A DNA stretch of 53,931 bases from Gemmatimonadota bacterium (GTDB lineage Bacteria > Gemmatimonadota > Gemmatimonadetes > Gemmatimonadales > GWC2-71-9), in assembly GCA_036679605.1 (NCBI GenBank), contig JAZDCZ010000075.1, forward strand, positions 1 through 53,931. Reading direction: 5' to 3'. A program made the position numbers and the translations under genes. The notes under the pieces were generated by a model. It was not told the DNA's origin. It did not search any database and was given only the letters and a program-made list of their open reading frames with translations. Below, piece by piece: positions 1 to 10,225 of this stretch. How positions within the stretch are numbered: position 1 is the stretch's first letter; each line of letters opens with the position of its first letter.

Positions 1-51
1 TTTACCGGTACAGAAAGCTATTCCGCGGGGAACCATCGGCTTCGCGAACAG

Positions 52-1305
52 ATGGAACTTGAAGTAGTCACGATTGGCACCGAGCTTGTTCTCGGATTTA
101 CCCTCGATACAAACGCTTCGGACATTGCCAGCGCCCTAACTCCGATAGGGGCCAACGTGGTGCGCGTAACTTCGGTGGGTGATGATGAGATGGCTATCCG
201 GAACGCCGTCACCGATGCTTTGGAGCGCACGGGTCTGGTGATAGTGACCGGAGGGCTGGGTCCAACTCGGGATGACATCACGAAGAAAGCGGTAGCAGCT
301 ATCTATGGAGCACCGCTCAGGCTGGATTCAAAGTACCTGGCGGTTCTAGAGCGGCGGTTCGAGAAGTTTGGACAGGGACCCATGCCCGAATCGAACCGCT
401 CACAGGCTGAGGTGCCGGCAGGAGCTGAGGTTCTGCCTAATCGTAGGGGGACGGCCCCAGGTCTGTGGCTGGAGGGAGATCCTGGCACCACAGTCATGCT
501 CCCAGGAGTCTCCAGAGAAATGCGGGGACTGATCGACGAACATGTAATACCACGGCTGGGCGACAGACTGCAGGCGGATGAGCAGACCCGCGTCACACGC
601 TCGCGTACGCTACGCACAACCGGCGTCTCCGAGTCGAAACTGGCTGACCAATTGGGCCGGATCGAGACGAAAATCGATCCCGTAACGCTCGCCTATCTTC
701 CTGGCATAGCCGGTGTCGACCTGAGGCTGACCGCGTGGCAGATGCCTGACGAAAGCGCCCAGCGTGTGCTGGATCGGGCGGCCGAGTGTCTCGAGCCGCT
801 CCTAGGTGCCAACTTCTATGGAATTGGCGAAGTTGACCTCGCCGCAATCGTACTTGACACGCTCAAATCGCATAGGGTTGGTTTAGCGGTGGCCGAATCT
901 TGTACCGGAGGTGAGGTTGGATCCAGAATCACTGCCATTCCTGGATCGTCGGGCGTGTTTGTGGGCGGTGTTATCTGCTACTCCGACAGTTCCAAGATGC
1001 GCCATCTGGGCGTGCCGAATGAATTGCTCGATTCCCATGGAGCGGTCAGCGAGCAAGTAGCGAAGGCAATGCTGGATGGGGTTTGCCACATGTTCGACGT
1101 CGAGGCTGGAGTGGCAGTCACAGGCATAGCCGGTCCGGGAGGGGGAAGCGACGAAAAACCGGTCGGCACCGTTTGCCTCGCGGCACGATTGGGATCACGC
1201 AGCCGCGTGCTGAAGAGATGGTTCCCTGGCGGACGCCAGGAGGTGAGGCAGCGTAGCGCTCAAGCGGTGCTCGATCTGCTGCGTCGACTAGCTTTCGAAT
1301 TGTGA
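52..1305 (+). CDS. cinA: CinA-like competence/damage-inducible protein (MoCF-binding-like domain + NMN deamidase PncC domain)
   Basis: N-terminal IGTEL..G...DTN and VTGGLGPTRDDIT motifs; C-terminal AESCTGG...GSS and GIAGPGGGS..KPVGTV motifs. Confidence 0.95.
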   Translation: MELEVVTIGTELVLGFTLDTNASDIASALTPIGANVVRVTSVGDDEMAIRNAVTDALERTGLVIVTGGLGPTRDDITKKAVAAIYGAPLRLDSKYLAVLERRFEKFGQGPMPESNRSQAEVPAGAEVLPNRRGTAPGLWLEGDPGTTVMLPGVSREMRGLIDEHVIPRLGDRLQADEQTRVTRSRTLRTTGVSESKLADQLGRIETKIDPVTLAYLPGIAGVDLRLTAWQMPDESAQRVLDRAAECLEPLLGANFYGIGEVDLAAIVLDTLKSHRVGLAVAESCTGGEVGSRITAIPGSSGVFVGGVICYSDSSKMRHLGVPNELLDSHGAVSEQVAKAMLDGVCHMFDVEAGVAVTGIAGPGGGSDEKPVGTVCLAARLGSRSRVLKRWFPGGRQEVRQRSAQAVLDLLRRLAFEL

Positions 1306-1406
1306 GTTACCTCCGGGAGCGGATGGTGTGAGTCAGATCAGCTGTTTATAGTTCTGGGTTGGCAAATAGCGAATTCATAGCAATGCAGGGAGTCATTAGA
1401 CGGGTC

Positions 1407-2036
1407 ATGGTGAAGCGGAAGAGAAAGAAGAAGCAATCCGATGATACCACCGAGACGGCAACCGAGGGACAGGTGACGGGTGCCGAGTCTCCCGATGCCA
1501 GGCACTCAGGGGCTGAGGAGGCACAGGGCGATGCAGCAGCGGTGCTGGAGCGCCCTGAAGATACAGTCGAGCGACTTGCGGAAGAATTAGCGGCGCAGAA
1601 GGACAGATACCTTAGGCTTGCCGCCGAGTTCGACAACTTCCGCAAGAGAATGATTCGTGAGCGAGAGGAGATCGGGTCGCGTGGCCAAGCGGCTGTAGTG
1701 TCGTCGATTCTCGACAGTCTCGATGATTTGGGGCGAGTTGCATCGCTGGACCCGGATACCGCGAACATCCGCGACGTTGTGTCTGGGGTTGAAATGGTCG
1801 AGCGGAAGCTGCTGCGGGAATTGGAAGGGGTCGGGCTGACACGCATCGGGGCCGAAGGTGAGGTGTTTGACCCCAACGATCACGAGGCGATAAGTACCGC
1901 GCCGGCGCCGAACGGTGAGAAGGATAATCTGGTCTCCGAAGTGTTTCAGGTTGGATACCGATTCGGTGGGCTCCTGCTGCGTCCGGCTCGAGTTCAGGTT
2001 TTTGTAACCCCAGACGATGTGGACACGGGGGCATAG
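1407..2036 (+). CDS. grpE: Nucleotide exchange factor GrpE (start 1407 or 1383)
   Basis: [22 protein letters not shown] and GY....LLRPARV motifs; directly upstream of dnaJ. Confidence 0.95.
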   Translation: MVKRKRKKKQSDDTTETATEGQVTGAESPDARHSGAEEAQGDAAAVLERPEDTVERLAEELAAQKDRYLRLAAEFDNFRKRMIREREEIGSRGQAAVVSSILDSLDDLGRVASLDPDTANIRDVVSGVEMVERKLLRELEGVGLTRIGAEGEVFDPNDHEAISTAPAPNGEKDNLVSEVFQVGYRFGGLLLRPARVQVFVTPDDVDTGA

Positions 2037-2041
2037 AGAGT

Positions 2042-3145
2042 ATGTCTGGGGCCAAGGACTACTACAAGGTCCTCGGAGTGCCGGATAAGGCCACCGCCGA
2101 CGACATTAAGAAAGCCTACCGTAGCCTTGCCAAGAAGTACCATCCGGACGCCAATCCCAACAACAAAGAGGCGGCTGAACGCTTCAAAGAGATATCCGAA
2201 GCTCACTCCGTCCTGAGTGATGTGGAGCGGCGCAAGAAATATGATCTCATGCGCAAGTTCGGTGCGTTCGCAGGTGGGCCGCGCAGTTGGCGTGGCGGTG
2301 GACGATCGAGTTCTACCGGGTCCGACGACATCGACTTGGGCGGGGGCCCGGGAGGTGCATTCTCAGGTCTAGATGGGCTCGGTGACTTCTTCTCGTCCAT
2401 CTTCGGTCGCGGTAGAAAGTCCGGTGAGATCGAGCCGATCGAACAAGTCGTCGAGATCCCTTTCAAGCTCGCGGCGTTGGGCGGCAAAGTGACCGTCAGC
2501 GTTCCCGTGACTGAAGCATGCCCTACCTGCGGCGGTTCCGGGGCCGCGCCGGGAGCCAAGATTTCTACCTGTCAGGAGTGTGGCGGACGCGGTACGGTGA
2601 GCTTTGGTCAAGGGGGATTTGCTGTTGCGAGACCATGTCCGGTGTGTAGGGAGAGAGGTCAGGTCGCCAGTCAGTCTTGCGACAAGTGCTCAGGCAAGGG
2701 AGACGTCTCGGTAAACAAGAAAATCAGGGTCACGGTGACCGCCGGGACCGAGTCTGGCAACAAGGTGCGATTGAAGGGTCAGGGGCAAAGAGATCCGACT
2801 GGAGCGCGCCCGGGTGATTTGATTGTAACGTTTCAGGTAAAGCCGCACCGCTTTTTCAAGAGGCAAGGTCTCAATATCCACTGCTCCGTTACTCTCAATG
2901 TCGCTCAAGCTGCGTTCGGTACGAAGCTGCAAGTGAGGACAATCCATGGTCGCAAGGTGGTTGTGCGGATCCCTTCTGGAACACAGCCCGGCAAGAAACT
3001 GCGCATCAAGGGACAGGGCATAGAACGAAATGGTAGGCGAGGGGATCAATTGGTGGAAATCACAGTCAAGATTCCCAGCGACCTATCTGCTCGGCAGGAG
3101 GAGCTACTGAGGGAATTTGCGGCCGCAGCGGAACTCAGATACTAG
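2042..3145 (+). CDS. dnaJ: Molecular chaperone DnaJ
   Basis: J-domain ([11 protein letters not shown]), G/F-rich region, four CxxCxxxG zinc-finger repeats, C-terminal GDL/GDQ motifs. Confidence 0.96.
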   Translation: MSGAKDYYKVLGVPDKATADDIKKAYRSLAKKYHPDANPNNKEAAERFKEISEAHSVLSDVERRKKYDLMRKFGAFAGGPRSWRGGGRSSSTGSDDIDLGGGPGGAFSGLDGLGDFFSSIFGRGRKSGEIEPIEQVVEIPFKLAALGGKVTVSVPVTEACPTCGGSGAAPGAKISTCQECGGRGTVSFGQGGFAVARPCPVCRERGQVASQSCDKCSGKGDVSVNKKIRVTVTAGTESGNKVRLKGQGQRDPTGARPGDLIVTFQVKPHRFFKRQGLNIHCSVTLNVAQAAFGTKLQVRTIHGRKVVVRIPSGTQPGKKLRIKGQGIERNGRRGDQLVEITVKIPSDLSARQEELLREFAAAAELRY

Positions 3146-3151
3146 TCAACT

Positions 3152-3961
3152 TCATCGTTCGCCGAGCCAGTTGCTTGCGCTGTCTGGTTTGATCTCTCCC
3201 AATCTGTCTACGACAAACGTGGCAAACGGCCCGTCTTCAGACCAGCGCACCACCTCTCCAGTGATCGGGGAGAGTCCGAATGCGACGAATCCGGGGCGGC
3301 CCTGCTGCCCTGCAATGATGTGAGGACGTCCCTGGTGATCGACTCCTAAATCTGCCACAAACGTCGATTCGCTCCATGGCCAGTCGAGCCTCCACCTGAT
3401 CTTACCCAGTGAGTTGTACAGCGTGATAGACCGATCGGGCACGGCGTGGAGCACACCTCCGCGTGCGCCCACGAGCAGTCCTGTGCGAGGGCTGGTCTGG
3501 ACGAGCGCAAAAGTAGACGCCCCGTCTTCGGAAAATGCAATCAGACGACTATCCGGCGCCTCCACGACTATGCGTCCGTCTTCGAGAACTGCAAATTGAT
3601 GAGGTGCCGAGGCGATGGTATCTAGCTCGATTCGCCGTTCCACCACGCCGCTCGACGACAGTACGATGATTAGCGGGCGGCCATCACGAATATCGGAGAC
3701 ATACCAGCGCTCTCTTGCCCACTGGAAGTGTACTGGGCTAGCCAATTGACCGGCTCCCAGAGTGTCGAGCTTTCCAGTGCGGCGGTCAAGTATGAGAAGA
3801 CCCGAAACTGCAGGGACCGAGATCGCCAGCACACTATCGCCAGCGGCAGCCACTGCACGGCCATCTAGGAAGATGAGATCGCGTCCAAGACTGGGAATGT
3901 CGCACGCCGTGAGACTTGCGGTCAATCCGAGCGTCACCACTATCGATCGTGATCCAGACAT
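3152..3961 (-). CDS. Hypothetical lipoprotein, probable beta-propeller
   Basis: Signal peptide with lipobox LTA-C; repeated short beta-strand-like segments. Confidence 0.65.
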   Translation of the reverse strand: MSGSRSIVVTLGLTASLTACDIPSLGRDLIFLDGRAVAAAGDSVLAISVPAVSGLLILDRRTGKLDTLGAGQLASPVHFQWARERWYVSDIRDGRPLIIVLSSSGVVERRIELDTIASAPHQFAVLEDGRIVVEAPDSRLIAFSEDGASTFALVQTSPRTGLLVGARGGVLHAVPDRSITLYNSLGKIRWRLDWPWSESTFVADLGVDHQGRPHIIAGQQGRPGFVAFGLSPITGEVVRWSEDGPFATFVVDRLGEIKPDSASNWLGER

Positions 3962-4121
3962 TTCTACTCTACTTGCTCCATCGGGGTGTTAGTATCGTCA
4001 CAGAAGTTACTCAGCTCTCTCGGGCTTGGCGAGCACGCCGCCGGCGAGATAGATTCTCATTGCCATTCGACTCTGGGTAATTCACAAGGAGCTTGCCGTG
4101 CATCACGACTCGGGTCGTAGG

Positions 4122-4550
4122 ATGGGACAGGAAGTGCTCGAGCGACGGCTCACGTTCGACTTGAGTGCAGAGTTTGGTCACCGAGATATTACGTCTGAGG
4201 TCGAGTCGATCGTAACCGATGCCGCTATCGAGGTCGGACTGACGGTGGTGCAATTGGTCGGCTCTACGGGCGCTATCACAACCATCGAGTATGAGACCGG
4301 TGCGCTGGACGATCTCCGGCGAGCACTAGATATCATCGCGCCCACGAATGGTCACTACGAACACAACGCACGTTGGGGCGATGGCAACGGGTTCTCACAC
4401 GTCCGGTCGGCGCTGCTCAAGACTAGCATTGCAGTACCGATAGTGAACGGTCGCCTCTCACTTGGAACCTGGCAGCAGATAGTAGTCCTCAATCTGGACA
4501 ATCGGCCAAGATCGCGCGAGATAGTTGTGCTTGTGCTGGGGTCTGGGTAG
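4122..4550 (+). CDS. YjbQ/UPF0047 family protein
   Basis: YEHN..WGDGNG.SH and LSLGTWQQI...D...R.R motifs; ATG at 4122 preferred to GTG at 4098. Confidence 0.88.
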   Translation: MGQEVLERRLTFDLSAEFGHRDITSEVESIVTDAAIEVGLTVVQLVGSTGAITTIEYETGALDDLRRALDIIAPTNGHYEHNARWGDGNGFSHVRSALLKTSIAVPIVNGRLSLGTWQQIVVLNLDNRPRSREIVVLVLGSG

Positions 4551-4559
4551 CCGACCCTG

Positions 4560-5288
4560 ATGACGACGGTCGCAGTTGAATTCAAAGATGCTGGTGTCAC
4601 CCTGAACGGTGGACGTCTAGTTGGACCGTTGAGCTTGCAGGTTGAACGAGGCAAGACGGCGGTCCTGCTTGGCGAGAGCGGCTCTGGGAAGACCACGGCC
4701 CTTCGTCTCATCAATCGTTTGCTCGATCCCACAGCTGGAGAGGTATTGGTCGACGGTAAGCGCACTACTTCATGGGACCCGGTTCAACTGAGACGCCGGA
4801 TAGGATATGTGATCCAAGAGGTGGGCCTCTTTCCTCACTTGTTGGTGGAGCAGAACGTCGGGCTCCTCCCACGGCTAGAGGGCTGGTCGAAGGACCGGAT
4901 TTCGGATCGCGTAGACTCGCTGCTAGATCTCGTAGGCTTGCTCCCACGTGATTTCCGAGGCCGCAGGCCTCACGAACTGTCGGGAGGTCAAAGGCAACGA
5001 GTCGGAGTTGCGCGAGCGTTGGCTGCTGATCCCCCTATCCTGTTGTGCGATGAGCCCTTTGGGGCGGTCGATCCGGTGACGCGGGCGGCCCTGCAGCGCG
5101 AATTCAAGAGCTTGACTCGCCGTCTGGAAAAGACCGTAGTCTTCGTGACGCACGACGTGCGGGAAGCCGTGGCGCTGGCAGATTCTATCGCTGTGCTGCA
5201 CCAAGGTAGCGTCGTATTCATAGGTACGGTGGATGAGTTCCGGCGAGATGAGACACCGGCAGTGCAACAGTTGCGAGTGTTGGGATGA
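4560..5288 (+). CDS. Osmoprotectant ABC transporter ATP-binding subunit (OpuCA/YehX-like)
   Basis: Walker A GESGSGKT, signature LSGGQRQR, Walker B LLCDEPFGAVDP, LRRRIGYVIQ motif. Confidence 0.92.
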   Translation: MTTVAVEFKDAGVTLNGGRLVGPLSLQVERGKTAVLLGESGSGKTTALRLINRLLDPTAGEVLVDGKRTTSWDPVQLRRRIGYVIQEVGLFPHLLVEQNVGLLPRLEGWSKDRISDRVDSLLDLVGLLPRDFRGRRPHELSGGQRQRVGVARALAADPPILLCDEPFGAVDPVTRAALQREFKSLTRRLEKTVVFVTHDVREAVALADSIAVLHQGSVVFIGTVDEFRRDETPAVQQLRVLG

Positions 5289-5923
5289 GCTTTCTGGATT
5301 ACATCGTGCAAAACCGTGGAGAGGTATGGGCCCACACGCTGGAGCACGTCGCTCTGGTGGCGATATCTGCGGGCATCGCAATCGTCATCGGCGTACCGCT
5401 CGGTGTTTTGATGACGCGCAGTCGGCGGCTAAGAGGGCCGATCCTCGGGCTGGCGAATGTTTTTCAGACGGTCCCAAGTCTTGCCCTCTTCGGTCTGTTG
5501 ATTCCGATCCCGCTGATAGGAGGAATTGGCGCCAGAACCGCCGTGGTTGCGCTGGTGTTGTACGCACTACTTCCGGTTATTCGCAATACCTACGTCGGGA
5601 TTTCTGGAGTAGACCGTGCGATCCGTGAAGCGGCGATAGGTATGGGCCTGACCGATGGGCAGGTCTTGCGCATCGTGGAACTGCCGCTGGCTGCCCCCGT
5701 TATTTTGGCTGGAATCAGAACCGCTACGGTCATCGGCGTTGGAGTAGCGACTATTGCGGCGGCGATCGGTGCTGGAGGTTTGGGTGTTTACATTTTCCGA
5801 GGCGTGGCCATGGTGGATAACACAGTGATCCTTGCCGGAGCCATCCCGGCCGCAGGGTTGGCCCTATCGGTTGACGGAGTGCTCCATCTTGTCGAGCGTC
5901 GGCTCGATTGGAAAAACAAATGA
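5285..5923 (+). CDS. Osmoprotectant ABC transporter permease (OpuCB/YehW-like)
   Basis: QTVPSLAL motif, EAA loop (EAAIGMG), IGAGGLG motif; overlaps the ATPase stop (ATGA). Confidence 0.92.
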   Translation: MSFLDYIVQNRGEVWAHTLEHVALVAISAGIAIVIGVPLGVLMTRSRRLRGPILGLANVFQTVPSLALFGLLIPIPLIGGIGARTAVVALVLYALLPVIRNTYVGISGVDRAIREAAIGMGLTDGQVLRIVELPLAAPVILAGIRTATVIGVGVATIAAAIGAGGLGVYIFRGVAMVDNTVILAGAIPAAGLALSVDGVLHLVERRLDWKNK

Positions 5924-6813
5924 ACCGCCTTGCATCTGGGCTGGCGTGTTTGTCGATCTTGGTTGGGTGTGGGCCCAATGATGCGATAGTGGTCGGCTCC
6001 AAGAACTTTACTGAATCAGTGCTGTTGGGGGAAATCGTTGCGCAACAACTCGAGCGATACGGACTGCAGGTAGATCGCCGGCTCAATCTTGGTGGATCGT
6101 TTGTCTGTCACTCGGCGATAACCGCCGGACAGTTGGACATATATGTGGAGTATACTGGAACGGCATATTCGGCGATCTTGAAGCTCCCGAAGGAACGCGA
6201 CCCGAAGTTGGTGCGGCACGTTGTAGACAGCACCTACGCCGAACGTTGGGGGCTCGAGTGGGTCGCGCCGCTGGGTTTCAACAACACCTTTGCGTTGCTG
6301 ATCCGTGACAGCGACGCACAGCGATTGAATATTGCTACGATCTCTGACCTCGTGCGAATTGCTCCGAATTGGCGATTTGGAGCCGGCTATGAATTCATCG
6401 AGCGTGTGGACGGATATCGCGGCTTGCTGGACTTCTACGGGCTCTCGTTTGATGGCCAGCCCAGGGAGATGGATCTTGGACTTACATATCGGGCCCTTGC
6501 GGACCGCCAGGTGGATATCATTGCCGGGAACTCGACCGACGGCCAGATAGAGTCACTGGATCTGTTCGCGGTGGCCGACGACAGGGGATACTTCCCTCCC
6601 TACGAGGCCGCGCCCGTGGTTAGAAAAGACGCATTGGAACGCTATCCTATTGCTACGGAAGCGCTCGCCGGGCTCGCCGGTGTGTTGGATGAGATCGAAA
6701 TGAGAAGGCTCAATTACCTTGTCGACGTCGAAAAGCGGCACGTCAAAGACGTGGCGACTCAGTTCCTGAAACAGGTGGAGGGGCCAGAAAGCAAGCCGAC
6801 AGGCTCTAGGTGA
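5920..6813 (+). CDS. Glycine betaine/choline ABC substrate-binding lipoprotein (OpuCC/OsmF-like)
   Basis: Lipobox LVG-C; VGSKNFTE, YVEYTGT, GFNNTFAL and FPPY motifs. Confidence 0.92.
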   Translation: MNRLASGLACLSILVGCGPNDAIVVGSKNFTESVLLGEIVAQQLERYGLQVDRRLNLGGSFVCHSAITAGQLDIYVEYTGTAYSAILKLPKERDPKLVRHVVDSTYAERWGLEWVAPLGFNNTFALLIRDSDAQRLNIATISDLVRIAPNWRFGAGYEFIERVDGYRGLLDFYGLSFDGQPREMDLGLTYRALADRQVDIIAGNSTDGQIESLDLFAVADDRGYFPPYEAAPVVRKDALERYPIATEALAGLAGVLDEIEMRRLNYLVDVEKRHVKDVATQFLKQVEGPESKPTGSR

Positions 6814-7234
6814 ACTCGACCAGGTCCACGATGTGAATTCCCGCTGAGAGAGTTTTGTGGACCGGACACCGTTCGGCGACTTGGGCGAGTCGTTTGCGCT
6901 GAGCCTCATCGAACTCGCCCGAGATACTTACCTGACTTTGGATCCGATCCAGCATGCCTTCCGCCGTCTCGTCGCAATCCCTGCAATCGTCGGCATGGAT
7001 ACGGTCGAACTCGTAACTGGTGCGGATTGTATCGATCGCGATGCCTTTGTGCTGAGAGTACAGTGAGAGCGTGATACATGTGCAAGCCGCCAGGGCTCCA
7101 AGAAGTAGTTCATACGGATTTGGTGCAGTGTCTGTGCCCTTGACCTCGGGCGGTTCGTCAGCGCCCCAAGTATGCCGGCCATTGGATATTGTTACTTTGG
7201 TACCCGACGTGAGTTCCGCTGTGATGGTTGCCAT
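6806..7234 (-). CDS. OsmC family protein (YhfA-like)
   Basis: ADEP...G....PNPYELLLGALAACT and AERCPVHKTL two-Cys motifs; AGGAG RBS. Confidence 0.9.
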   Translation of the reverse strand: MATITAELTSGTKVTISNGRHTWGADEPPEVKGTDTAPNPYELLLGALAACTCITLSLYSQHKGIAIDTIRTSYEFDRIHADDCRDCDETAEGMLDRIQSQVSISGEFDEAQRKRLAQVAERCPVHKTLSAGIHIVDLVEFT

Positions 7235-7282
7235 GAGGAGGTGCTCCTGGTCCCACAGAGTAGCTGGGCGAGGGAAAAAGGG

Positions 7283-7554
7283 TTAGAGGACTGAGTCGAG
7301 GAACGTGACTATTGCTCTGTCGCGAAATCCCCTTCACTTTCACCTAGTCCGGTGAAATCGAAGCGGAGGACCGCGTAGGCTCCGTCCTCGATCCCGGTGG
7401 CAAGGTTACGAGTGATCTTGAGCGATCGAGAGCAAGTGAAACAGTGAGCCAATACGATTCCACCACGGACGTTGCCGTCGGGAATTTGTAGGGTTCCCGT
7501 CAGGCGGCCATGGGATCCCTCGAAGCTTACGCGTTCGTGTCGGTGTTTCGTCAA
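7283..7554 (-). pseudogene. Internally deleted alpha/beta hydrolase remnant
   Basis: AHCFTCS and LRFDFTGLGESEGDF motifs, then a stop at 81 aa before the GxSxG nucleophile; an out-of-frame C-terminal-like remnant RAIVTFLDSVL* follows. Confidence 0.7.
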
Positions 7555-7567
7555 CAGCGACGTCCAA

Positions 7568-7927
7568 CTAGCATTTCAGTACCGACACTTTCTCGGCAAT
7601 CTGATCGAATAGCTCGCGCGGAATATGTTCTCGAAGAGCCGTGCTGACAGTCGCAAAGAATCTCGGGATATCGCTGTCGCCGAAGCCCGTGGATTGGAGA
7701 TTTTGCTCCAGTGTCTCTGCCCCCATTAATGCCAGCATCTCTCCGGTCCTGCCCCCCTTCATTGCGCTGCTCATCCAGGCATCAGCTTGCGGAAACGCAT
7801 CCTTGACAGGCCCATAGGCCTTCGGCTCTACGGCGAGCCGAACCGAGGTAAAGATCCATCCCAATCCTTTTTCCGCCTTGGCCTCATCCACACCGAATTC
7901 GTTCACAACATGTTGTACGAGGTCCAC
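7568..7927 (-). CDS. Hypothetical helical protein (loosely DUF2780/DUF2267-like)
   Basis: Fills the gap downstream of mnmA, GGAG RBS; family resemblance weak. Confidence 0.6.
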   Translation of the reverse strand: MDLVQHVVNEFGVDEAKAEKGLGWIFTSVRLAVEPKAYGPVKDAFPQADAWMSSAMKGGRTGEMLALMGAETLEQNLQSTGFGDSDIPRFFATVSTALREHIPRELFDQIAEKVSVLKC

Positions 7928-7937
7928 TGGTTCACTC

Positions 7938-9011
7938 CTATCTGATGATGCCGCCGCCTAACAGCCGGCCGTTGTTGCCATATAGCACTCCAGACTGCCC
8001 CGGCGTGATGGCTCGCGCCGGCTCCAGGAGATCAAGAGTCAATCCACTGGAACTGTGTCCGCTCACTCTGGCTGCGACCGTTGCGCTACGGTATCGAATG
8101 CGTACACCGCAATCGTCACCAGCTTTCAACGGATCACTTAGCCAGTTCACGTTCTCGATCTCTAGTTTGCTGCCAAGCAAATCGTCCGCCGTGCCGACTA
8201 CTACGGCTCTATTATCGGGCACTATGGTGATGACGTACATTGGCTCTGCAAAGCCGCCTGGCAATCTCTTTCGCTGGCCGACGGTGTACCGAGCGTAGCC
8301 ATCATGCCGGCCAACTTCCTGCCCGTCGGTCGTGAGGACCGGGCCCGGGGCAAGGGCTGGAGAATCTGCCGGCAGATGTTGCTCGAGGACATCTACGTAA
8401 TCTCCGTCCGGCACGAAGCAGATCTCTACGGACTCCTTTTTGTCGGCTGTAACCAATCCGAGTTCTCGAGCTAGGCTGCGTGTCTCCGACTTCGTCAGCT
8501 CTCCTACAGGTGTCAGCATTCGTGGCACAACCGTTCGATCGATACCCCAAAGGAAATATGTCTGGTCTTTTTCGCGATCCAACCCCTGGTAGAGCGCTCC
8601 ATCCTTTGCGACCGCATAGTGTCCTGTGGCTATGTATCGACATCCAAGGCTGTCAGCATGTGCCAGGAGATCCTTGAATTTGGTAAACGAGTTGCATCGT
8701 ACGCATGGGATGGGGGTGCGTCCCTGCGAGTACTCCAAGACGAAGTTCTGGATCACGTCTTTGTTGAAGCGATCCTCGAAGTTGAGGACATAGTGTGGAA
8801 TCCCGATGCGTTGTGCAACTGCAGCCGCATCAGCTATTGAGTCGAGCGAGCAACACGGTCTGTCGGGCACGCTGTCCTCGTAGCAGAAGAGCTTCATGGT
8901 CACGCCAACGGCGTCATACCCTTGCTCGACCAACAGTGCGGCCGCGACAGAGCTGTCCACTCCGCCGGACATTGCGACCAGTACGCGTTCACCGAGTTTC
9001 GACCGCTTCAC
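7938..9011 (-). CDS. mnmA: tRNA 2-thiouridine(34) synthase MnmA
   Basis: PP-loop AMSGGVDSS; TPIPCVRCN, IATGHY, KDQTYFL, ICF, YTVGQR and AITPGQ motifs. Confidence 0.97.
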   Translation of the reverse strand: MKRSKLGERVLVAMSGGVDSSVAAALLVEQGYDAVGVTMKLFCYEDSVPDRPCCSLDSIADAAAVAQRIGIPHYVLNFEDRFNKDVIQNFVLEYSQGRTPIPCVRCNSFTKFKDLLAHADSLGCRYIATGHYAVAKDGALYQGLDREKDQTYFLWGIDRTVVPRMLTPVGELTKSETRSLARELGLVTADKKESVEICFVPDGDYVDVLEQHLPADSPALAPGPVLTTDGQEVGRHDGYARYTVGQRKRLPGGFAEPMYVITIVPDNRAVVVGTADDLLGSKLEIENVNWLSDPLKAGDDCGVRIRYRSATVAARVSGHSSSGLTLDLLEPARAITPGQSGVLYGNNGRLLGGGIIR

Positions 9012-10180
9012 TTGTCTGCCACTCCGTGCAGTTCCCTTACCCTGTCGACGATCTCCGGCATGATATCGAGCACCTTTTCTACGTCACTCATCGTAGTTGT
9101 GTGAGAAAGCGAGAACCTGACTGTTGCCGACGCCAAAGTCGGAGACGCGCCCATCGCAACAAGTACATGAGATGGCGACACGGATCCCGAGCTGCAGGCC
9201 GAACCGGCGGAGCAGCAGATGCCTGCCATATCCAGGTGCATGAGCAGCGATCCGCTATCGGTTCCCGAAAACACGATATTGGAAATGTGTGGAGCCCGGG
9301 TTCCATCGGATCCCATGACAGTCACGTTGGAGATTCTGGCACTGAGCCCTCGCTCGAGTTCGTCGCGCAACGACTCTGTTTTGGTACGGGTATCATGGAG
9401 TTCGGCGGCAGCCAACTGAGCGGCAACTCCCAGACCAACGGCGCCAGCGACGTTCTCCGTACCAGGCCGAATCCCGTACTGTTGCCCGCCCCCGTGGATG
9501 AGAGGCCGAAGTCTGTCGCGATCGGGTACGACAAGTGCGCCAATACCTTTTGGAGCGCCGATTTTGTGTCCCGAGATCGCTAGGCAGGCATCGGGTACGT
9601 CAGTTGTCGCGCACGGTATCTTCCCGAGTGCCTGGACTGCGTCTACGTGGTACAACGTACCGGTATCGGAGCAAAGCTGGGCCAGGGCCGCTACATTTTG
9701 GATGGTTCCCACCTCATTGTTGACCCACATGACACTCACCACAGCCACGCCTTGCTGGAGCACAGCGGTAACCGCGTCCAGGTCTACTGTGCCGCTCGTA
9801 TCGACCGGCAAGGTGATGCTTTCTCCGCCGAGCGACTCCACGGCGTCGGCAGATGCCAGCACCGCCTTGTGCTCTGTCATTGCCACGGCGACTCTGAAAG
9901 AGCGATTCTGAGCCCGGGCTGCCAAAGCACCTCCAAGAACTGCAAGGTTGTCGGCTTCCGTACCTCCTGAAGTAAAAAACACGTCTCGCATTCTAGCGTC
10001 GAGCGCTACCGAGATCTGCTCCCTAGCTTCCTCGAGTGCCGCGCTAGCCGATCGCCCCAGTCGATGGGGGGAACTCGGGTTGCCGAACCTGTCATCGCAG
10101 AGAAACGGTGTCATCGCCTCACGCACCTCAGACCTGACCGGCGTTGTCGCCGCGTTATCGAGATAGACGATGCGTTCCAT
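9008..10180 (-). CDS. iscS: Cysteine desulfurase (IscS/NifS family)
   Basis: YLDNAATT, GNPSS, FTSGGTEADN, PLP lysine SGHK, catalytic SAGSAC. Confidence 0.93.
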   Translation of the reverse strand: MERIVYLDNAATTPVRSEVREAMTPFLCDDRFGNPSSPHRLGRSASAALEEAREQISVALDARMRDVFFTSGGTEADNLAVLGGALAARAQNRSFRVAVAMTEHKAVLASADAVESLGGESITLPVDTSGTVDLDAVTAVLQQGVAVVSVMWVNNEVGTIQNVAALAQLCSDTGTLYHVDAVQALGKIPCATTDVPDACLAISGHKIGAPKGIGALVVPDRDRLRPLIHGGGQQYGIRPGTENVAGAVGLGVAAQLAAAELHDTRTKTESLRDELERGLSARISNVTVMGSDGTRAPHISNIVFSGTDSGSLLMHLDMAGICCSAGSACSSGSVSPSHVLVAMGASPTLASATVRFSLSHTTTMSDVEKVLDIMPEIVDRVRELHGVADK

Positions 10181-10225
10181 GGTCTAAAAAAGTAGACGGG
10201 GTGGAGTACGAGGGGAATGGTGCAA

